A stretch of DNA of 64,000 nt, from NCBI GenBank assembly GCA_051362555.1, contig CM120646.1, forward strand, positions 16,182,001-16,246,000, given 5' to 3'. Origin of the DNA: Lingula anatina (taxonomy: Eukaryota > Animalia > Brachiopoda). Under the pieces are notes generated by a model. The model was not told the DNA's origin and ran no database searches. It worked only from the letters and a program-made list of their open reading frames with translations. Shown piece by piece: positions 23,965 to 36,972 of the stretch (positions are counted from its first letter, which is position 1; each line of letters opens with the position of its first letter). The translations under genes and the position numbers were made by a program.

Positions 23965-26071
23965 GAGACTGGTCTACAAGTACATGCCGGGTGACCGAGA
24001 TTTCCTCATCAAATGCAGCGTCATCAGGTATTACTGATGCAATGAAACGAATATCAAAACTTTTTTTTTATTTTCTGTGAGTACCTCCCAATACAAATAG
24101 GTGAATAGTTCTGCACTAAAATGGCCTACAACCTGCGATCCATGTCCGCTTTTATCAAGGGCAACCAGGAAAGTAATTGTCGTCTGCACCCATTCTTCAC
24201 TGAAGAAAAGAACTAGAACCACAACAATAACATTTTTTGTCTTTATTTCATGTCTGTTTAATTTGATTACCAATATTATTTTCACTCAACCATAAGCGCA
24301 TTTTATTAAGTAAAGTGTCATGGGCCGTTTTGCAAAGAGGAAAACCAGGCGATCAAGCCCTAATTTCATTTCCAGTCTTTGTTTTCAGTTGGCCTAGTTA
24401 TCAGAAAAACGATAAAGCAATCAACTGTGCTTTAATTGAAACCCAAACTTCTTTTTAAAGAGAAATTAGCAATTTATAAACTCAGCCTTTTTTGAAATTA
24501 CTCTCCGTTTGAAAATTCCATTTTTTTCGCTACATACCTGAAGTAGCCAAGAGACACAAAACAACTGCAATTCTATTCCGAGCAGTAAATCATAATCTTT
24601 TCGTGTTATAAGCTTACTTTAAATGTCCGTTATTTGCCTCAAGTGGCTTCATTAGTGTCTGTTTATATAATGTCTCTCGTTCAGTCACAGGTGGCTTTGA
24701 ACACTTTTCCATAAACATCCTACTTTATTATAGATTTTATCGAGATAACGAATAGAAACAAAGATTCCATGTCAGATTTTGTACAAAGAAACCAATAGCA
24801 ACTCTTCAGACAAAAATAGCAGTCTATTTAGCCAAAGCCCCGATCACAATTTTGAGAATATTTCCAGTGCTTCAAAGTTCCTTACGATTTTGATTGATAA
24901 GCAGCTGTAAATCAAGAAGTTATAACTTCTTGTGTAAATTCAAGTTACCAAACGTCGATATCTGACTATGCACATCTAGCGCCTAAATACGCCAAGGTGA
25001 CTCTTAAGACAAAAATTGTTTACGACTGCTTACTGAAAAATATTAATAAGGAACTTTCAAAGACCTGATATACGCAAAAATGTGGCAGGGGCCCAAAATT
25101 TGAAAACTGAACAATAACATAACCTCTGAAGTAGGTATTGTGACTGCAATATAGTCATATATTCTGAACTCAAAAGTGCTATTAAAAAGGTCGTTTGCCA
25201 ATATTTCTTCATAATGCTCCATTAGTGCTATGTAATATAGAAAATGCAGGTATTTCGCCAGGTAAAAATTGCGTGCAACAATTAGTGTCTAATATGTTGC
25301 GCGTTCTCATTTTCAGGACTTCAGAAGCCTGGCCAGTAGAATTTTTGACAAATGTGTATGTTTTTAAAATAACTCTTTCACGATGTGCCAGACAATATCC
25401 ACTCCTCTTGCTTCTTGAATTTTTTCCACAGCGTGATATTCTTTGAGTGCCAAATGGGCCAATTATATTTTCGTTTAATCAGCATTAATTGAGGAAAACG
25501 CCAGCTGCACCATTAACTGCATAATAAAATGATTAACGTTAGCAAGTAAACAATTCTACGAGAATTCTGGTATCCCAGGTAATATAAAGTTCCTTTTAAA
25601 TTAAAGAGACAGAACAAACATCCTTCCAGTTGTGTTAACTATCATTAGATCTAATAAAGCTTCCGTCTGCACTATAAAACATAATTTACGACTCTGTTCA
25701 ACATGCCTTTTGTGAACAATTCTTCAGAGTTTTTCTTTAAAGATCTCTCTTTAATTCATTTTCTTAATAGATACGACGTTTTCATTGTCAAAATCTATCT
25801 CACTCTTTTGTGAAAAGTTCAATTACTAACTGATGTTATAACTAAAATGCTATGGCGTATCTCTTTAAGATAGCTGGACTTACAACATAAAAATAATTTA
25901 ACTGAAATTGTCATCAGTAAAGCTTGTTGGATTCGACGATGTTTCTGTATTTCCGCCACGTGAATATTTTGCAAAGTGTAATTAATTTGATAATGGCTAA
26001 TTAATACCATTTATTTTGTTGAATCGCTCAAGATCACTAGCCAAGCGTGCAAATTACGAACTACGTACATG

Positions 26072-26079
26072 TATATAAG
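26072..26079 (+). promoter_or_regulatory. candidate TATA box of the Spaetzle-like gene (non-coding first exon at about 26100-26160)
   Basis: TATATAAG followed by candidate donors at about 26138 and 26159. The ATG at 26674 directly follows an acceptor (tttcag|ATG), which implies an upstream UTR exon. Confidence 0.4.
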
Positions 26080-26673
26080 GGGATGATTGGTTCGGTTACT
26101 CATAGCGGGACAATTTGAATCGCCTCCCTGCTGAAAGGTTTGAGAAGCTTTATTATGGGTAGTTTTATTGGGCGTGCTCTTCAATAATTAAACATGCTTT
26201 TACTTATTTGTAAAACTTAGTTTGGTAAATCGATCTTAGTTGACAAGTCAGTGGCGGGATGGACAGAACTTAGTTACCGACACTAGCGTAAATACATAGG
26301 TATTTTCAAAACACACGGTGGCAATACGCGCCTAAACTGATTTGAAGGTCGTATTTAAAGCGAAAATATTGGTGCATTCTCGCTAAAGTGCTACTTGTTG
26401 AATCAGCTTAATCAGCACACGATAGTTAATTACCCCCTAGCCGCTCGAAGGTGCGTGTAAGACAATTAAGCCGATAACATTTTCCATTAATACTTAATTC
26501 AAATCAAACGAATTTGGTCTGTTTAAAGCCATGGAAGTTGAAAAAGTGTATTTTCAATGAAACAGTATCGAATTTGATCGAAAACACCTTTGAATTCGCC
26601 CACTGTTCCTTTAAGCGAGCTTTAAGTATCCATATATCACACAGTTATGTTTTTTAAAATGAATTTATTTCAG

Positions 26674-28906
26674 ATGAAGTTTACTAAGGTTGAATACCTG
26701 GTTTTACTCGTGGCCATGTGCCTCGTTGTCAAAAGCGAAGCTAGGTTTCGACGGATCGATGATGGTGCCGGGAAGAAGCCATTTGGAGTCTCCGAAAGTG
26801 AAGCTGCACCGTCTGGGGGAAGGGTAACTGACGGCCGGTGAGTTTTAAAGGAAAGAATGGGCAAAGAAAGCTGAATTTTGATTAAGCTCTGGTATTATGA
26901 TATGCTGTGCTGTAAGTAAGATGTCCAGCCTTCATCAAAGTATGAAATGATTTTATATCTCTAAAATGTACATATTGATATGTAACTAGATTGCACGGGG
27001 TTTGATCACTAGACACCTATATGCACGATAGTGGTCGTTCGAGCACGTATATTCTAAGTGCAAAAGTTATATGTATAAACATTGGATTATAGTTCCTATC
27101 GACAGTTCTTGTTGCAAAGGTGTGTTTTAGGATATTTTCTCAGACATGCAGGGAATTTTTGAGTCAATCTCAGACTCTGATAAGGACAAAGGGAGTCTCT
27201 AAGAGGGATGGTTTAATAAGTTTAATAATGCTGATAAATTTATAAAATCCATAAAAAATGTTCTGTAGACTTAACAAATAAAATTCAAGTTTAAACCCAT
27301 TATTTTAGATTTAAAAGTAATAGTATTAAAAGTAAAGAGAAAAATGTCTAATTAAAACTATAAAATATCCAAAAAATTTTAAAATTGTAAGTTTTAGCAC
27401 ATTATCTGCCGAGCTTATATTCCTTAGTTCTGATGGGAACTGATTCCATCTGTACGGGGCCGCGAATTCAAAAGATTGTTCTCCAAATGTTTTTTAAGCC
27501 TTGCACATTGAGTAAAGTATGAGCAAAACTATGCTACGAATGTACATTTCTGGCGTTTTCTATGACTTTTAATCCTTAACGACTTGTCACCATATCAAAT
27601 CCCATACTGTACATATAGTTTTTTTTTTTTTTGCTTCGGCTGCCGATGCCCAGAGAACAGTAATGTACTCAACGTGCAGATTCACCAGGCAAAATTTTAG
27701 TTTTTTTCTCTCAAAGAACGGATAGAACACCTCTATCCCCTAGAGATATAACCGCAGAATGTTAAGAATGAAAATGTTAAGACCACAGCAGCTAAGTCCC
27801 ACAACCGTCTCTATGAAGGGCTTCTTGGTAAACGTAGAATGACATAATTAAATACAGTGGTTAGACCAGAATCATTGATTGCCCAGGTTTGACTGCACGT
27901 TGCAGACAACATTATTCCTTCACATATACATTATCATGTCACCGTGTCTACATTTTGCAAATTAACATTGGAATGTCATGCAGTTTGCCAGACTTAATCT
28001 TTATCAAAAGCACATATAGACAAAAAAGTAGTATTAAAACTGTCACCCGTCCGTTCTTTCCACTATTTCAAGCTGTTTCAACCAGGACTATGAAAACAAT
28101 GGGGACCACACGTCTTTCCTCCTCTGTCCCCATTGGCTTGTTGCTGCGAACGAATATTTTGAGATCATGGTACAAATTGTGACATTTCTAATTTCTTCTT
28201 GAACCCAAAAACAAGACTTTTCTCACCTGTAAGCAAGGGGAAGAAAATAAACCTACCATTTGTTTTCGTTTTTCTCTGTCAAAAGGGGTGAGTTAATGTA
28301 TTCGCCTATGTCGTATAACAGATGGGACAGTGTTTTGTTAAGGAGGCTTTTGAAAGAAAAAAGGCCGATTCTCTTATTTAGAGTAGTCTCACATACCATA
28401 TTATGTGGACTTTTATATGTACAAAATAATGGTTTCAATATTCCTTTGTAATGTGGCCAGATACATTCTAAGGATATTTAATGTTTAGTTTTAAAGATAA
28501 AGTGGGCGAATTTTATAATCAAAAGAAATAGACGAACATAATAGATTAGCAGGAGATATAAGCACGACAAATTTAAATCATGAATTCGTATCGTAACTTG
28601 GTAAAGATATTGCTGTTCAAGATCAGGCATAGTGTTTGGCAGGCACAGTGTTTAACTAACCTATACTATGGTTGATCTTGAAAGTAATGCAACGGCTTCT
28701 TTGAAATATGGTATAAAAATAAATAAATTGGCAAAATTAGTAACCACAATATATGATTTAAAGCAAAACGATTTTGCGCACGAAGTGTTTTAAAAGCCCA
28801 AATTGCTCGGTGTTCGTCTTAGCAGGGATCTTTCACTTTTATATCAATATTTGGAGCTCAGACAGAATCCAATTCCTAATGTATATTAAACATATACGTG
28901 CGCCGA

Positions 28907-28955
<49 letters not shown>

Positions 28956-31363
28956 ACACAACACAAAAATAAATGAATGCTTTAACTGCTTTTGACTCTT
29001 ATCTATCTATCTCCAACTTGAATAAGACTAGAAGTTTTCTCTTTCTTGATATGTGTTTTTTTAAAGCTATATCCAATATATTTGCTTATATGTAGGTGTG
29101 CAGGTGGTGCGAGTGTTGCATCAGCTAGCATCGGAGAAGATGGCACTGATTTAGATACTGGAAAACCACCAGAGGGCGGCAGAAAAAAGAGACAACTTCC
29201 TGGGGGAGCGGGGTAAATACCTTTACTTCGATTTTATTTTAGGATTAAGAACCATGCAAAAAGTTGCTTGTGAAGGTTAGTTAAACAGTTGGAAGCTTGG
29301 ATTCACTCCTAATCACACAAAATGTCAAGAAAGTATATTTCTGGCAGATATTGTTATCAGCCATATATGGGATCAGTCATTTGTCACGAATAGACATTTA
29401 GACGTTATATCGTCATGAAATACTTCAACATTTTACTTAAGCCTCTGTTTCGAATTGGATAAGTACTAACTGGCCACTATAATATTTTGTACCACGTCAT
29501 TTCTGTTCCCTGTCTAAGAATAGTTCTCTATATCCAATTATGGTAAAATTTCAATATTCCAACAATTTTCTCGATTCGCTAAAGATTGAAGACGTTAAAA
29601 GAAAAAAAAAGAAATGGCCAATAAACTTGCCCAAATGTTCTCCATTGGAGACTATCCAGTTTCGTTGGCGTAATTCAGTAGAGAGTATGTTATGACCCAT
29701 ATTTTGATGTTTTAGTCAATAAAGTTGCCCAAATGTTTTCCATTGGACACCATCCAGTTTCGTTGGTGTCATTCAGTAGAGAGTATGTTATGACCCATAT
29801 TTTGATGTTTCAGCCAATCACATTGCCCAGAGGTATGCTACTGGATACGCCCAAACTGGATCTGGTCGATAAAACATAATACTTGGTTCAGAGTAGTACA
29901 GTTTCCTTGGTTCCAGCAATGGCTCAGGCCCTGCTACTGTTGGTAGGTAAAACATATTGTTTATATGGTATGTGCGCACCCTTGTGCGTGCGCGCACGTG
30001 TGTGTGTGTGTGTGTGCTTGATGTATATGATGAGCCTATTCAACACGTTTTCATAAGAGCACGCTTAAAAAACGAGTTTCGAGTTTGAATGTAGACAATG
30101 AAAAGATTGAGAACCAATTTTGTTACTAGAATATCTCAAAACGAGTTGTTTTGATACATTTATGTTTTTGAAGGTAAAGATTACAACACTGATAAATTTG
30201 TAATGTTTTGTGGTTTGCATGTTTAATGGCTTCGTGTAAACTTGAAAACTTAAAAGAAAAAGACATTTTTGTCTCAGTAGGCCTGCTATTGGTTTCTTTA
30301 ACAGCAGTAAAACATTTATGATAAAAGATTTAAAATAAAGTACGTAAGTTACAGAGAATGTTGGAAAATTTATTTATATTTCATAACTGAATGAAAACAT
30401 ATTTAAGGCCCCTAAACAGATGGTGCCAGCATTACTCACCAAACTTTGGGAACATTGCCTTGTGTGCCAAGTGCACTACAGAATGGGGATGGAAAAAGAT
30501 TCAGGTTAGTGTTACAACCTTTATGGACAACAAATATTATCTTCATCACGGTACACGTACTTTCTCCACCCATGGGTTAGGCAATTTTCTGTTACTTAAC
30601 TAGTAATGGGGTTAAAAATGTTACAATTTACATTTATTTTCACATGGCCTCATACACGCCACTGTTTTGGCTAAAAATCTTAGCCAAATGGACGTAGATT
30701 ATTTTTGCCTCGTTATATTGACAATGTCAGTTGATTCAATTCATTAACCAGAGCTCTAACTTGTTAGTTTTTTCATTAGTAAACAACCTTCAAAACTTGC
30801 TCATTTGCTTATATATATATATGATGTTTATTGTGAAAACTGTAAGTGGCATACATAGAGAATATATCCACCTTGCCTGTCAGGTTTTCTTTAATATCGT
30901 TCTTTAAGTTAATGTTCAAGTCATTAACTTATCAAATTATTTTTGTTTTGATTGTGATAAAAAGGCTTTGTGATATTAAAACCACTATGGTTTTTTAAAG
31001 ATTGCCGTGTTTTTATTTTTTTTTTAGCATTTTGATTAATATATATTATAAAGTATTATGATTTCTCTAACCTTTAGAACTTTAAGATATCTTAAAATAA
31101 GTTTGCATTTTATGTGCTGAGAAAACGAACACATCGGTAAATTCTTTATAAAGCATTGGCCACACAGCATTTTTTCAAAGATCTGTAAGATAAACGTGTT
31201 TTCAATTGAATTTAAAGCAAAGTGCATATCTTTGTTTCAGATCTGGTTTCGATGCCAAAGAAGATGGGTGTGGGTGCAGATACCTGTTGGCTGTTGCTGT
31301 GGCCTAATGGGTCTTCACCCATGCCCAGCTTTACCCCCGCCCCGACCCGTATTTCCGTGGTAA
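26674..31363 (+). CDS. secreted prepro-protein with a Trp-rich Spaetzle-like cystine-knot domain (209 aa without the optional exon)
   Basis: Exons 26674-26837 (signal MKFTKVEYLVLLVAMCLVVKSEA), optional 28086-28169, 29096-29212 (...PPEGGRKKR^QLPGGAG), 29814-29942 (QSHCPEVCYWIRPNW...NTWFRVVQFPWFQQWLRPCYC), 30408-30504 (WPLNRWCQHY...LCAKCTTEWGWKKIQ), 31241-31363 (IWFRCQRRWVWVQIPVGCCCG...PW*). All junctions are in phase. AATAAA at about 31710. Confidence 0.78.
28909..28954. repeat. (TTA)n microsatellite
   Basis: Direct reading of the sequence. Confidence 0.95.
29618..29860 (+). repeat. 98-bp tandem duplication spanning a splice acceptor and exon start
   Basis: Units start at 29618, 29716 and 29814. 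The first two share ccagtttcgttgg...attcagtagagagtatgttatgacccatattttgatgttt(t/c)ag. Confidence 0.85.
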
Positions 31364-32694
31364 CCATAAACAAGGAAGAGGACACACGGCGGATTGTAAA
31401 TTCATCTGCAGACACCGATTTGATCGCCTGAATTACAAGTAGAACCTTAAACTTATCCGACAGTGGTATTAAAGTATAGAAATTAATGATAACAAAGATT
31501 AGATAGAAGTTGGATTCATACCACTCGAACGACTGGTAGGAAATCTTACACACCATACTAAAATGAAAAACATTCAATTACACAAGTTATGCCTCTCTTG
31601 CTAGAAATTTAACAGATGTGTGCATTTTTAAATTCTGTTTACGTCACTGAATATACATACGGAATAATGAGAATAGAATTGTAATTAGAGTGAGAACATC
31701 GCTTTGCTTAATAAAGCTATGAAATGAAAAATATCGGTTTTGTCACTCTAAAATGCAAACCAGTATTTTCTTTTGTTATATAATTTGCAAAGAATATACC
31801 CGAGAATTCTAGGTCTGAAAACAAAACTCACTATTGGCAGCAGACAAAATAAGGACCGATGACAAAATCAATGGTTTACGACCAATCAGAGTGAAGGAAA
31901 CATGTCATCAATCAGGCGAATGAACAATCAAAATAAAAGAAACATATCATCAACCAATTTGACAAATAATATGCATCTTACATCTTGTGATGATATCATT
32001 CTTTAATCTGTTGTTTTTCACGGGTTCAAAGAAAGCAATGTTTAATTTCTGGAAATACATGTACTAGTATTGTGCCCAGACGTGGCAAAAGTACGAATCT
32101 GACATCAATCTATCAATAAGGTGCCATGCTTGGTCCAAGCGTTGATGACATTGAACGCCAAGCCGGATTTTTCGTTGGCTAATGTCTTCCGACGGCCATC
32201 TCTGAACTTTCAATTTCTCTCATTTGATAGCTTTTCAATCCTTGGTATCCGTCCCAAACTTCGAAATATCCACATCTCAAACACTTCCAGGTTTTTCAAC
32301 GCAGTAAAAATTGTCGATATCACATAGCGTTTCACAAGCCTCATTCTTGTTGTAAAGGTGAATCTGACATAATAAAGAAAGAAAAAAAACTTTTACAGAA
32401 CAACTAAATACGAATAAAATAATGATTCTCAATTCACTCCTAAAAACATATACTTGCATAAAAAATTAAAGTTCAATAGAAACTGTAAAGTGAATAATAA
32501 AAGCTGAAAGAAAAATAAGAATAGAGAAAAGTTGATAAAGAAAATTACAAAGAGATAAAAATAAAAGGCAACTTCGTAAGAAGGTTCACTGACCTGCAAA
32601 ACATTCATTCCTATCCTAAGACTGGAAAGGGAAAACTGTTCTGCTATTCTGCTATAGACGTTGTGAAAAGCAAATGATCTGGTGTTGCAGAAAC

Positions 32695-32830
32695 GGTAGC
32701 TCCAGGAATGTAAGTCTGGAGTCCCATATGATTACTGCATGTTAGGGTTAGCATCTAGCACACCGTTTCATGGTTAGTAGATGAGACGAATGTCTCCTGA
32801 ACAAAGTAAAGGGAAAGAGACTACCGTTAC
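32695..32830 (-). repeat. dispersed repeat, inverted copy of 22145-22290
   Basis: gtctggagtcccatatgattactgcatgttagggttag...atgagacgaatgtctcctgaacaaagtaa is similar to the reverse complement of the 22.2-kb copy. Confidence 0.65.
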
Positions 32831-33164
32831 TAGATGACTAATATTATTGTCACACCTGCTCATGAGAGCGAACCAGTAAAAGCAATGTACGGGGGAAGAG
32901 AGAACGCAATTTAAGAATATTTAAAGATAACCGTGACGGCACACGTGCTTCACTATCGCATTCGAAGCAGTTAAAGGGTTAGAATCACAAAGAAGAATGC
33001 AATTAAGGAAAATTGCAGAAAAGCGTGTCGGCACAAGCCACTAAAACATTCTCTAACAAAATTGTAAGTTTTTTCATGTCTTATCATCGCAGGTGAGCCA
33101 TCTTTACTACATTGCTCCTCACTCAACGACCGAGCGCAAACATGGCGATTCGTCACAATTCCTT

Positions 33165-34093
33165 AACTCGAAAGCATCGCAAATTGCGACCGAACGCTAA
33201 TAGCGATATCATCTTTAGTTTCGAGGCTATTATTTGCGCACGTAAGTCCGGTCGCAACGGCCTTTGCGCATGCATAATTCGTCATTTTATAGTGTCTTTC
33301 ATGTAATTAAAGTTTGGGTTGCTAATCATAATAGTTATAACAAAGCGTGAAAACTAAAAGATTTGAGTCACTCGGTACCTCTGACAGAAAAAAAAAAAAA
33401 ACAAACTTTTGGTAAATTTTCACGTGAAGACTGCTAAGGTCATGGTTTATTATACATAAAAATTTCAAAATAAAACATTTCATGCATCATTTTATATTTT
33501 CTGATGTTTTCTATAGTTCATCTGTGTAGTCTGTTGATAATAATCATGTTTTATTATGAACAAAAAAAATTCAGAATTAAACATTTCATACATTATTTGA
33601 TATTTTCTCACGAAAATACGTCTGTGTAGTCCATTTATAATAATCATAACTTTCTACACAAAATGAAAAGGCAGAAACAAAGCACTCGGTCAAACTGTGA
33701 CCTTCCTCAGTGTCTGTTATTGTACTGAGAGTCTGAACACTACTCACCCATGTATCAGTGATTGTATCAGTCCAAACACGTGCACTTCGCTTATCGAATT
33801 GTTTTTGACATTTTATTTGTGTCAAACACTTCAAGTATCAATTATTTTTAATTGTGATATTCCTATAAATTAAAACACTATCTTGTTTAGCATCATACTG
33901 AAATAAAATTACATTATATGTAATTGTACTATGAACGTCTTCACTTTATGCGGCAATCGACTTTTAGTAGCGTTCGAGGCAATAATTGCGTTGCGTTTGT
34001 TAAGGCTTCAATTTAGCTGACTGGTGCAATGGCCATCACAAATAGCGATTGATCACTATGCTTGCGGTAGCAATTTGCGATGTTTTCGAGTTA
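33165..34093. mobile_element. possible non-autonomous element of about 0.93 kb bounded by imperfect inverted repeats
   Basis: TAACTCGAAAGCATCGCAAATTGCGACCG at the left versus CGGTAGCAATTTGCGATGTTTTCGAGTTA at the right. No target duplication identified. Confidence 0.45.
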
Positions 34094-35643
34094 TAGAGCC
34101 CAGAACACTTAATGGATACATGCACCATTCAGAAATGCCATAAGAAAGTGACAGTGTTCCAAAGTTCTCCTTTAGTCTCATCTATTGTCTCATCTATTAG
34201 CTGCTCACTTCTCCATTCATTGTTCCTTTTTTAATGTGAACTTGAGCATTATCCATGTGCGTAAATAGCGCTTGCAAACAGCGGTTAGCAACTGCACTAT
34301 AATATCCATGCCACAAAACACGGAAGTCTGTTCCCTGTGGTCTTCCTGAAAGGTTTCTCCAGTCACGCTTGCTAACTATTTTCATATTAAAAAGATATAC
34401 GATCATGCTGTCATTTACAGGACGGACTGTTTTCTTTTAAGGACGGGCAAACGTTGTCACGATTTCCCACCTCCAACCTAAAGTTACTGCAGTGACTAAT
34501 GTACACGGGAAAAATGGTTTGAACGCGCTCAGGTAAATCTAAAACGCAATCTTCCTTTACAGAACACTTTTTATTATTTCTACTTCCTTGAAACCACTCG
34601 CAATGCGTGATTTTGGTTACCAAATAACCATTAAGTTCCCGTTTATATATCAAAGTTATCTTCCCGTGTACTCTGGCGCATGTTCCATACCAGTAAAAAA
34701 AACTCCCTTGATAAGTGATGGCCCCTAGCTAACAAAACTGTTCATCTATGTTTTTGTCAAGTACGCTTTGTCCGGGAATAATTGTGACTTCTTTTCCGGA
34801 AACATCAAGATTTTAAAACCACTCATTATAAATTGATTTATCCAAAAGGGGACGAGATACTTCCAGTGCTCTTTTTTCCCTCGATAGAAAAAAGGTGAAG
34901 AGATACATGATAAAAGTAAATTGAGGTGGTCATCTTGAATTTTCCATCCCCCAACAAAAGCTTGAACGGAATTGAATGTATGTGCTGTCAATCCTTACCA
35001 GAGATTTACGTAAAAATGCACAGGCAAGGTTTCTTTTCGTTTGTGACAGCGTTTCTTCTTTTTCTATATTAAAACGAAAACAACTACTGTCTACAGTGAT
35101 AGGCCTAAACACATTAAAATAGAACCGACAAAAAGCTGAAGAAATACTAGGGCAAACAAGACTTTCTGGCAAAATTTGTTCTAAATCTTTTAGGGAAGGA
35201 TGAAAATAACACAGAATGATATAGCAATTAAATTCAACTGTGATGCAATTTCATATGATTAAAATATTTAACAATAAACAGCAGAGCGCAAATTTTAATT
35301 TAAAACACTGATATTGTCGCAAGAAAACATTCGCTATAAACTTATATAAGTTCTTTTTGCAATTAATTTATGTAAATTTTCATTCTATTTGCAATCAATT
35401 TATAGAAGTTCTCATTCTTTGTCTAGAATCAGGAGCACCGAATCATTTCTACCATAAGTTTTTGTTTGCCTCTGGCCTAACAACACGTGTGTGCTTTGAG
35501 GCATGACCTTTTAATGTCACATCCATGACGAAGTGCGGCCAATAAAGCACACATTACCAACATAATGTTTGCATCTGAGATCCTCTCACCACATTAGGTT
35601 ACTATATAGGAGTGTTTAAAGTAAATCTATGCAATATTTCTCT

Positions 35644-35745
35644 TATAAAGCTGGCAGAAGTGGATCGTTTTATATTGAATCCCCTGTCTGTGAAAGGTCA
35701 TCCTCAAAAAGAGAGAAGTCAAGACAACCCAGTTACTAACACAAG
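35644..35745 (+). promoter_or_regulatory. candidate TATA box and non-coding first exon of the TIL gene
   Basis: CCAAT at about 35539, TATAAA at 35644 and donor ACAAG|GTAGGC at 35745. The next acceptors (ttctacag / tttcag, about 36960-36966) precede the ATG. Confidence 0.5.
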
Positions 35746-36626
35746 GTAGGCCCTAATTTCCTAGTTAGGATTAGTCAAAGGAAATGTTGCTCTGATTAAA
35801 GATTTCACTTTTGTCTTAAGGTGGGTTAATGGGCTTTACACATAGCAAAAGAGCTACATCGGGCAATCGAAAGAAAACTCTGTTCTGTAAGTCAAACAGT
35901 ATAATAGAGCGTTAAGCGAGGAGCGTGGAATTGCCTAGGACACCTGTCAAGCACGAGTGATTGCTCCTTTTCTGGGTTAAGGTTTGTTGGATTTATTCGG
36001 CATAACAATTTCATTGGCATGTATGTAGCAAACGTAATACCATTAAAACCTGTTAAAGGGTTTTTTGAAGTGTTTAATAAAGTGTGGGGAAAACACGCAC
36101 AAACTATCTACAAATAAGCGTTTCAGCGGTACAACAGAAGAAAATAAAATTACTGAAACGTTTTTATTGTCTCGAAGAACTTGCAACAACAACAAGTGTG
36201 CGTTTCTTTTCTAGACTTTTTTTAAATTTTCATTCCAACAAGATGCATTTAATATTGAGAAAAATGATACAGAAAAACTGAAATTTCGTGTATTTATTAA
36301 TTTATTCATTTTGTAACACATTTCCTTGCGTTTTATCTCCAAAAACAATGTTTTGGCCTACCTTGAGTGACTTGGAAGTGCTTTCTTGAAAGCCAGTAAA
36401 ATCACAAAATGAATCGGCAATAAAACTGCAATTATCCTCGGTAAATAATAGTGAATCTAGGTTAATGCAGAGGGCGCCAATTAGACATCTGATGATTGTA
36501 AACCAGAAAGCATAAGTTGTATATTTCCTTGTCAAATTACGCACTTCTCTTTTATATTGTATACATAAGAACACACAAGGTACGTAAACGCTTGTGTATT
36601 AGGGAGTCGATAGTAACTATCTAACG

Positions 36627-36627
<1 letters not shown>

Positions 36628-36662
<35 letters not shown>
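36628..36662. repeat. (AAT)n microsatellite
   Basis: Direct reading of the sequence. Confidence 0.9.
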
Positions 36663-36664
<2 letters not shown>

Positions 36665-36972
36665 ATATATGTAACAGGAAACAGGGCTTCCTGAGAAAAA
36701 GGACAAATTATGCTGTACGTAAAATCTAAAAGTAAATTATTTAATACAAGCATTTTGCAATCTAATGGAAGATGTAGATGTACGTTTTGACAAGTCAGGT
36801 ATGGAATAAGAAATGGACTGAGTGTCATAGCTATGAGCTTTTCTTTTGCCGCACTTTTTCTACCGGCGGAAGTACTTAATTATTTTTATTATTTTTGCTT
36901 TTTTGAGAACTTATGAATCACTCATAATATATTTCAATTCCCATAGTTCTCTTTCTACAGTTTCAGAACAGA

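Noticed and set aside
23985-24035. Possible minus-strand hammerhead ribozyme core (CTGATGA...GAAA)
   Set aside because: Stem II and the flanking stems do not pair convincingly.
31222-31431. ORF-track frames over the last cystine-knot exon
   Set aside because: The listed frames are not the coding frame. The phase-0 frame from 31241 gives the IPVGCCC motif.
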